From IMG/VR virus record IMGVR_UViG_3300042731_004843, positions 32,001 through 96,000 of that record: a stretch of 64,000 nt of DNA; one strand, given 5' to 3'. Shown piece by piece: positions 57,046 through 64,000 of this stretch; the stretch's first letter is position 1, and every line of letters starts with the position of its first letter. The position numbers and the translations under genes were made by a program. Under the pieces are notes generated by a model. The model was given only the letters and a program-made list of their open reading frames with translations. It searched no databases and was not told where the DNA came from. This stretch comes from a virus.

Positions 57046-57957
57046 ATGGCCAACCTCGTAGTCACTAAGCCCCTGGTCCGGGGGTTCTCCCTGGACTTCC
57101 TGGAAGTCACCTGGGAGATAGAGGACACCTCTCTTGATCCCCACGACTTCCAGTTCCAGCTCTTCCGGAGTGAGTCTCCGATGGGGCCATGGGATCAGAT
57201 CGCCGGGCCCTTTGAGGATAGATACCGCTTCGTGGACAATCAGGTGAATCTGCTCCACAGGTGGCGGCAGATTTACTACAAAGTCCGGAGCACGGAGAAG
57301 GCCAATGCGGACAACTACGTGGATAGTGAGGCCTTCACCTTCCACGCAGAACCAGACCTGATCGCGGAGGAGATCCAAAGGCTCGAGCGCATAGTGTGGG
57401 AGGAATACGCCGGCAGGCGGTGCTTCATCTTCCCGGCACGCACCTTTGGTCAGCGGTGCGGCAACTGCTACGACGGCCCGGAGAAGGGCAAGGGGTTCAC
57501 TTCCCAGCGCCGTAGGTCTAACTGCCTGACATGCTACGACACCGGGTATGCGCGCGGATACCTAGATCCCATTGAGATCTTCGTCCAGATAGACCCCTCT
57601 TCCAAATCTGTCCAGACCGTACCTGTGGCAGAGCGGCAGCAAGTGGACACGACAGCACGTTTGCCTAACTTCCCACTGCTAAAACCCAGGGATATAATCG
57701 TCGAGACTGAAAACAGGAGGTGGCGGGTAGTCAAGGTGACTTCTACGGAACGGCTCAGGAGCGTCGTCCACCAGGAACTCCAATTGCACGAGCTGGTGGC
57801 GGGCGACATCGAGTTCCAGCTTCCCATCAGACTAGAAGATTTGAGAGACTTTGAGCCGAGCCCTGGTAGGAACTTTACGAACCCCCATAACCTGGAGGGC
57901 TTCGAAGCAGAGGCGATCAAACATGCTTTCGCAGTCTACGGGTACGGGAATGATTGA
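57046..57957 (+). CDS. neck/head-closure protein with FN3-like N-terminus and Zn-binding CxxC pairs
   Basis: VTW..LFRS..GPW..YYKV; CGNC..CLTCYDTG; RDIIVE..RWRV. Confidence 0.55.
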   Translation: MANLVVTKPLVRGFSLDFLEVTWEIEDTSLDPHDFQFQLFRSESPMGPWDQIAGPFEDRYRFVDNQVNLLHRWRQIYYKVRSTEKANADNYVDSEAFTFHAEPDLIAEEIQRLERIVWEEYAGRRCFIFPARTFGQRCGNCYDGPEKGKGFTSQRRRSNCLTCYDTGYARGYLDPIEIFVQIDPSSKSVQTVPVAERQQVDTTARLPNFPLLKPRDIIVETENRRWRVVKVTSTERLRSVVHQELQLHELVAGDIEFQLPIRLEDLRDFEPSPGRNFTNPHNLEGFEAEAIKHAFAVYGYGND

Positions 57958-58315
57958 TTACTCCGCCTTCCACGGTGAGATCGAGAAGATCGCCGCGGAC
58001 AACGACAAAGGCAGAATCACGAAGGAAAAGCTCAAGAGATTTGCAATCGCAGCTCCGGTAGCAGCCGGTGGTGCAGCCCTGGGACACGGCGTTGGCCAGC
58101 TAGTAAGGCGTAATGTCCTATCTCCGCGCACCTTGCAGGCCCTGGACGCTGCCGCAAAGCGGAAGCCCTTGGTGGCCAAAGCAGTAGGCGCTCTCCCGGC
58201 TGTGGCCGGTGGGTTGGCTGCTGGTGCCGGGATGATGCAGGCGATGAAGGCGCGGCAGATGCGGGACTTCATCGAGGGAAAGAAGGAAGATGGCGGACGT
58301 ACCGACACCCAGTAG
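57950..58315 (+). CDS. small protein with EIEKIA leader and two Gly/Ala hydrophobic segments
   Basis: MIDYSAFHGEIEKIA. Confidence 0.65.
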   Translation: MIDYSAFHGEIEKIAADNDKGRITKEKLKRFAIAAPVAAGGAALGHGVGQLVRRNVLSPRTLQALDAAAKRKPLVAKAVGALPAVAGGLAAGAGMMQAMKARQMRDFIEGKKEDGGRTDTQ

Positions 58316-59129
58316 CACGGTTCACACCGCTGGTCCCCTAGAAGAGGGCTGGCTGAATGACCCGTTGAACTACATGGTCAAGGCGTTCATTGCCTTCCTT
58401 CAGACCATCTTCGAGACGGCTCCGGCAGGACACTTCCACTGGCGTCCGGAGCTCGAGGAGACGGAGATCGTGATCACTGAGGAGAATCCAGTGAAGACCG
58501 ACTCCATCGAACAGAAGCCGGTGATCTCTGTGATCCTGGGGCCAACGCGGTTCAACGGCTCTTCGTTGGACGACTTGGTACACGTCAGCATCACAGACGC
58601 CAAAGAGATCCACACGGACCTTATCCCCGGAACCATGTCCCTCAACTGTGTGTCCCGGGTACCCCAGGAGTGCCGGTTCATCGCATGGATCTGCGCCCGA
58701 ACCATCTGGAATCTGAGGAAATTGTTCATTCGCGAGCCCTTCATCCACGACGTAGGCCGCAACATCAGTGTGGGCCCAGTGACGCCGGCCGGTGCATTGG
58801 TGGCGGGCGACACCGAGGGGGAGTGGCACTCAGTTTCCGTGTCTTGCCCGTTCTTCTTGCAGTGGACGGATAGAGTCACGCCCCTGCAGCACGATTGGAG
58901 CGGTCGGCCCATCCACCTGTTAAAGCAGGTGGCAATGAAGTTCACAACGCGTCTGAATGAGGCGCAGCCAAACCTTACGCACACCCAAAACACTGGGCTG
59001 CAGCAGTGGGGAGATCAAGTAACTCAACCCAAGAGTCTGCGGCCGCCCAGTATGCGTGGAAGACGTATCCAAACAGAGCCTCACCCGAGTTCTCAGTCGA
59101 GCTCGCTTGAGGTAAAGACCAAGGTCTAG
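58290..59129 (+). CDS. tail completion/terminator-like protein
   Basis: Position immediately before sheath. Confidence 0.5.
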   Translation: MADVPTPSSTVHTAGPLEEGWLNDPLNYMVKAFIAFLQTIFETAPAGHFHWRPELEETEIVITEENPVKTDSIEQKPVISVILGPTRFNGSSLDDLVHVSITDAKEIHTDLIPGTMSLNCVSRVPQECRFIAWICARTIWNLRKLFIREPFIHDVGRNISVGPVTPAGALVAGDTEGEWHSVSVSCPFFLQWTDRVTPLQHDWSGRPIHLLKQVAMKFTTRLNEAQPNLTHTQNTGLQQWGDQVTQPKSLRPPSMRGRRIQTEPHPSSQSSSLEVKTKV

Positions 59130-59144
59130 TGAAGGAGGCCCGCA

Positions 59145-62100
59145 ATGGCTGATGAGCTGATCCAACCTGGCGTATCCGTAATCCAGGAGTTTAGGACGAT
59201 CAGTCCGACCATCATCACCCCGACGCTGGTTCCGTGCGCCATTGCGCCGGCCTTCCAGGTTATCGAGGCGCTGGAGACGGACGCTACCGGTAATCAGGTG
59301 GTGAACACGGATGCCGTGGCATCCGTGCCGGCATTGGTGGAGTCGGAAAATCCCGGTGACTACACCGGCCTAGACACGTTGACTCTAAAGGTGAGCGTGA
59401 ACAACGGCCCGGCACAGGAGTTCACCTTCAGTGACCCGACAGCATCGGGCCTGAGTGCCACGGCGGTCAAAGATCAGATCGCAGCTGGAGCTCCCGATGG
59501 ATTTGGGGCATACGTGGTCACCAGGAGTGGGTCGGACTACGTACAGCTCCGCACCATCAACAGCGGCGACGGTCAGATCCTTCAGATCTTGGACGGTACC
59601 GCCAACTCCATCCTTGGCTTCAACCAGGGGTGGCAGGCTGAAGGCGTCTCGACCTACCAGCAGGTAGACGTCCGGGTACAGCAGGACAACTTCCCGGACC
59701 CACGGGGACTGCTGCCGGATGAGGCTGATGTAGATGAGGACAGCATCCGTGTCTTCGTCAACACCGGCACCACGCTGAAAGAGTTCCAGCGGGACGAGAC
59801 CTTCTTGCGCAAGCTCAAGAAGGCCATCTACACCTCGGGCGACATCACCTTCCCGACTACTACGCTGACCGGCAAGAAGTTCTCCTTCCAAGATGGGCAG
59901 GGAGCGGCCGTGCAGGAGTACACGTTCGCGGGTGAGGCTGCTACCGCCATTGCACTAGCAGCCGCAATGAACGCCCTGATCGGCTCCACCAAGGTGGTCG
60001 ATAACGGACTCACCAAGATCGATTTCGTCACCGAGACCGGCTACTTCAAGGTGGTCACGCCTTCCAGCGACTCCGCCCACGCCATCATCAAGTGGACTGA
60101 CCTGGATGAGGCGTACACCGTGGAGCCGGTGGATGATGGAGACGGGGACTCGAGAACTCCGATCATCGTTATCGATGAGGAGGACTTCACTGCCCCCGCC
60201 ACCGAGGCCAATCTGGTAGGTACTGCCACATTAGGCGCCACGGAGCAGGTGATCAACAACCTCAGCTTCGAGGTCGCCGTAGATGGCGAGTACATGCAAG
60301 AGATCAACTTCGTCGGCAAGCCGCTGGTCGGTAGCGCTGTGTACAACGCGGCCAACACCTTGACCGGTGAGACGCTGACCTTCGAGGTGAACGGCACACA
60401 GAAGGCTGCCGTGTTCTCTGGCGGCGATCCCGTCAGCATCGCCTCGGCCATCGCACAGATCAACGCGGCTGCAGGTATCACTGTGGCTTACGAGTCGGAT
60501 TCTTTGGGAAATCCGACGGCTTCTGGTGGCTACCTGGCCCTCCGCGTGGGCGGAGCAACCCTGGTTGAGGGCGGCGACGTCAAGTTGCTCTATCAGGGCG
60601 TTGGCGATGACCCGACCTGGACAGACTTGGGCTACGCAGCCGCCATCGGTGCGGATGTCGAGCAGACCTTGAAGCTGGATGCTCCGGCCGAGTACAGCGA
60701 CATCGTTCGGCAGATCAACCAGACGATGGGGGCCGGCTTCGCTGATGATGACGGTACCGGCAAGCTCGAGTTGCTGTCTTCCATCCAGGGAGCCGAGTCC
60801 AAGATCCAAATCGGCAAGGGCACGGCCAATACGTTGCTGGGCTTCACTGATGACCAGACGACGTACGGTGACGCCTTTGCCCCCAAGATCGGAGATGCAG
60901 TTTGGGTAGACGGCGTCTTCATCGGCAACATCGCCGTGGTCATGCCCGGAGGGTACAACAATCGCCTGAAGCTGGACCGAGAAGTGGCCCTGACCTGGGG
61001 TGGAGTGGCGTACTACATTCAGGCCCAGAACATCCCTGACACACTACCATCTGACAGGCCCACACCGGACCTGGTGGTGGACACTACCGGGGCCATCCTC
61101 GTGAAGCATGACGTGCTGCGCGACACTGAGGGCAACCCCATCGTAGCGGTAGGCCAGCTCATCATCGCCTACAACGCTCTGCGTCTGGACGTCACTCCCG
61201 CGGCGAATGATCCAGGACTGCTGACCCTGGACGACACCACGGACCTCGAGGACGCGCTGGCTCCGCTCAACACGGACAACCCGCTCGGGCTCATGTTGTA
61301 CTTCATGCTCATCAATGCCCCCGGCATCACGGTCACGGGACTAGGTGTGGATGCGGTGAGCGCGGAGAACCCTGACGGAACTCCGGAAGCCTATGCCAGG
61401 GCGCTTGCCTACCTGGAGAGCAAAGAGGTCTACGCACTGGCTGGCGCTTCCCAAGATCCCACGGTGCACCAGCTCTTCCAAACTCACGTCAACGCGCAGT
61501 CCGACCCGGATGCCAAGGGAGAGCGCATTGCTCTCATCAACCCGGAGATGCCGGGGAGAGGCCGTACCCGACCTGGTCATCAGCGGCACGGATGGTGACT
61601 CGACGGCCATCACCAACGAATTCGACACCAAGCTGGCGGGGCTGGCCTCGGCTGTCTTGGCAGCAGGTATCAACCCCGTGGGCACCATCGGCGTGGATGA
61701 AGGCCTGTACCTCGACATCGCTTCTGACACCAAGAAGTACAGCATCAGCGCGATCAGCGGTACGAAGGTCACTATCCGCGTGGCCTTTGCTCCGGGAGAG
61801 AACGACGACGGCTTCTACGCCACCACCAATTTGCCGAGCACTTTGATCTCGGAGACTTTCTCTGTCAACGTGCGCGGCGAGAGCCTAGTGGACTCCAACG
61901 GGGATCCAGACTACGAGGCCATCGCACAGGCATACCAGGACACCGGTAAGGCCTACGCAGACAGGCGCATGGTCATGGTAGCCCCGGAAGAGGTGGGCGC
62001 TGTAGTAGACAACCTGGAACAGCGCATCAAGGGCTACTACCTGTGCTCGGCCATCGCCGGCATGGTTGGCCAGCAGGCCCCTCAGCAGGGCTTCACCAAC

Positions 62101-62550
62101 TTCCCCGTCACCGGGTTCACCAGGGTGTTCGGCTCGAGTGACGTGTTCAACCGCACCCAGATGAACGTGGGTGCGGCAGGAGGTACCTACTGGGTCATCC
62201 AGACTCTGGCGGGCACGCCTCTTCTGGCACGCCACCAGCTCACCACGGACCTCACCAGCATCGAGACCCGTGAGCTGAGCATCACCAAGGTGGTGGACTT
62301 CACCGCGAAGTTCATGAGGTCCGGCCTTCGGAACTTCATCGGCAAGTTCAACATCACCCAGCCGTTCCTGGACACGCTGAGCACGGTGGTACAGGGTCAG
62401 CTCTCGTTCCTCACGGAGTCGGGAGTCATCGTGGGCGGTGACCTGAACAACATCATCCAGGACGAGTCAGCCCCGGATACGGTGTTGATCGACGTCACTT
62501 TGGACGTTCCTTACCCATGCAACTACATCCGATTGACACTTGTCATCTAG
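59145..62550 (+). CDS. contractile tail sheath (about 1134 aa), split by a +1 frameshift near 61555
   Basis: N-terminal QPGVSVIQE; C-terminal RELSI.KVVDF..YPCNYIRLTLVI; ORFs 59145-61598 and 61393-62550 join if 1 nt is removed. Confidence 0.8.
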
Positions 62551-62572
62551 CGTGACAATTCGCAGAACGTAG

Positions 62573-63664
62573 ATGGCTGGTACTGCACCAAATACTGCGG
62601 GCATGTCCCTCCCCAAGATCCCCGACAAGAAGGGCACGGGCGGATTTCGTGCAGCTATGGTCGCCCACGAAATGGGCCACGCTACAGACTTCGAGGGGCG
62701 CAGGGCCCAGAAGCTGCGCAGTGCCCTAGAAAGGGGTCTGTGGTTGGGCGGACAGGGCGCCACCCTACTAGCTCAGTCTCGGGGCCGACCCATGATGGCG
62801 GCTCTCGGTGAGCTCGCCTCCTCGGCCCCAGACCTGTATGACGAGGCCGTGGCCACCAAACGCGGTCTCAGGGCTCTGAAAGATTCCGGCAAATACACTC
62901 CGGCGGAGATCAAGAAGGCGAGAAATACGCTAATTTGGGGCGGAGGTACGTACGGCGCCCATGCCCTAGCAGACGCTGCTATCTCCGCAGGCACTAGCAG
63001 CTTTAACCAATTAGCCAAGCAGACAGACTCTCCAGAAGTGGCTGTGGGGGCTACACTCGCGCCTATGTTGGCCAAGCGGCTAGTAAAGCCCATGATCACT
63101 GGTGCTGTGAGCGCGGCTTTCACTCGTTCGGCTAAAAAGTCCCCAGTGATTACTCCCGCAGAAGCCGAGGGTCTACGCAGGCAAATGGGTGTTCGCGCCC
63201 AGATCTACGAAGCAGATCCCGAGATCTTGGAGGACAATGCTGCTTATGTACGGGGGGGCGGCCATAGAGGCCCTCTTCGCGGTTTTCGACAAGCGTCTGT
63301 AGAGACCCTGTTGGCGGAAAAGGATAGGAAAAAGAGGACGGGGCAGGCCTCAGAAGTGCTGAGAAGAGGGGGTGTCCTTTTGCCCAAGACCGCCTCTGTT
63401 GCTGCTGATGAATGGGAGAAGGACCCGCCCAGTCTCGGTAAGAGGATCGCCAAAGGTGTCGGTCTTGGCGCCCTTACCGTCGGTACTGCCGGGGGCCTTA
63501 TTGCGGCGTCAGATCCTAAGACCACCAAGAGACTCATCCAGCACGTACGTCAGCATGGGATCAAGGGACTGAAGAAATTCAAGCTGGCTAGCATCGGGCC
63601 GCCAGCTCGTGAGACACTTTCAAGAACGCACTGGCCGGCGTTGGCCAAGGCGCTAGCCAAGTAG
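62573..63664 (+). CDS. HExxH zinc-metallopeptidase-like membrane-associated protein with KxA cassettes
   Basis: AHEMGHA..DEAVAT..AL..TY; LPKTAS, FKLAS. Confidence 0.55.
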   Translation: MAGTAPNTAGMSLPKIPDKKGTGGFRAAMVAHEMGHATDFEGRRAQKLRSALERGLWLGGQGATLLAQSRGRPMMAALGELASSAPDLYDEAVATKRGLRALKDSGKYTPAEIKKARNTLIWGGGTYGAHALADAAISAGTSSFNQLAKQTDSPEVAVGATLAPMLAKRLVKPMITGAVSAAFTRSAKKSPVITPAEAEGLRRQMGVRAQIYEADPEILEDNAAYVRGGGHRGPLRGFRQASVETLLAEKDRKKRTGQASEVLRRGGVLLPKTASVAADEWEKDPPSLGKRIAKGVGLGALTVGTAGGLIAASDPKTTKRLIQHVRQHGIKGLKKFKLASIGPPARETLSRTHWPALAKALAK

Positions 63665-63674
63665 GAGGCACGAG

Positions 63675-64000
63675 ATGGCTACCTTCAGTGAGTGGTCGCC
63701 CTATGAGAAGTTCGTACAGGCCGGTATGGTTGACGGCCAGTTCCTCAATGCCGGGTTCACCGTTTTGGCGGCAGGGCCTCCACGGCTAGCCAACATTGGT
63801 GGGTCTACAGCTTTGGCCGGCGCTTTGGCCGGTGCCGGAGCAGACCAGATGGTGATGCCAGTAGGCGTGGTCCAGAACGTCAATCTGAGCCACAACAGGA
63901 CGTTCAACAGGATCTTCGAGGTTGGTTCTGAGCGCTCCTACTTCATCTCCGGCCGCACCATCGGGCAGCTGTCGATCGCCAGGATCTTGTACCATGGTCC
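63675..64000 (+). CDS. tail tube protein, 3' truncated
   Basis: AGGAGG RBS; VGVVQNVNLSHNR..IFEVGS; follows sheath. Confidence 0.65.
   Translation, partial: MATFSEWSPYEKFVQAGMVDGQFLNAGFTVLAAGPPRLANIGGSTALAGALAGAGADQMVMPVGVVQNVNLSHNRTFNRIFEVGSERSYFISGRTIGQLSIARILYHG

Noticed and set aside
1-64000. Stop-codon recoding, as in some large phages
   Set aside because: Code 11 gives dense full-length genes, and TAG, TGA and TAA all end genes next to the following start

Overview
The window is a 64 kb internal piece of a large, GC-rich (roughly 60% by eye) tailed dsDNA phage with a contractile tail. It uses the standard genetic code and shows no host housekeeping genes, integrase, tRNA or CRISPR array. 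Layout: (i) 1-5611 (+): end of a beta-helix tailspike-like gene, lysis-like membrane genes and a 1218-aa multidomain SNF2 polyprotein; (ii) 5671-22143 (-): replication/recombination operon (RusA, Cas4-like nuclease, RecA, HU, family-A DNA polymerase, Zn-rich SSB, DnaG, DnaB, UDG, SF2 helicase); (iii) 22277-64000 (mostly +): virion module (portal, spike, TerL, prohead protease, scaffold-like proteins, MCP, neck, sheath, tube), interrupted by small (-) islands. The most striking observations are: (1) a pervasive K-x-A/S/G motif that ends a shared N-terminal leader (E-L/I-E-K-I-A type) on many small head-region proteins and also marks domain and cassette boundaries inside large ones, suggesting a protease-read capsid cargo system that releases enzymes and amphipathic cationic peptides; (2) a single-chain 2052-aa beta-beta' RNA polymerase lacking the beta' N-terminal zinc finger, located among the virion genes; (3) two promoter classes, sigma70-like ones and a second motif (G/K-x-ATAAG with an A-rich element 16 nt upstream) that heads the minus-strand islands; (4) a structured ORF-poor RNA candidate upstream of terL. 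All functional calls come from motifs recognised by eye; no searches were run.
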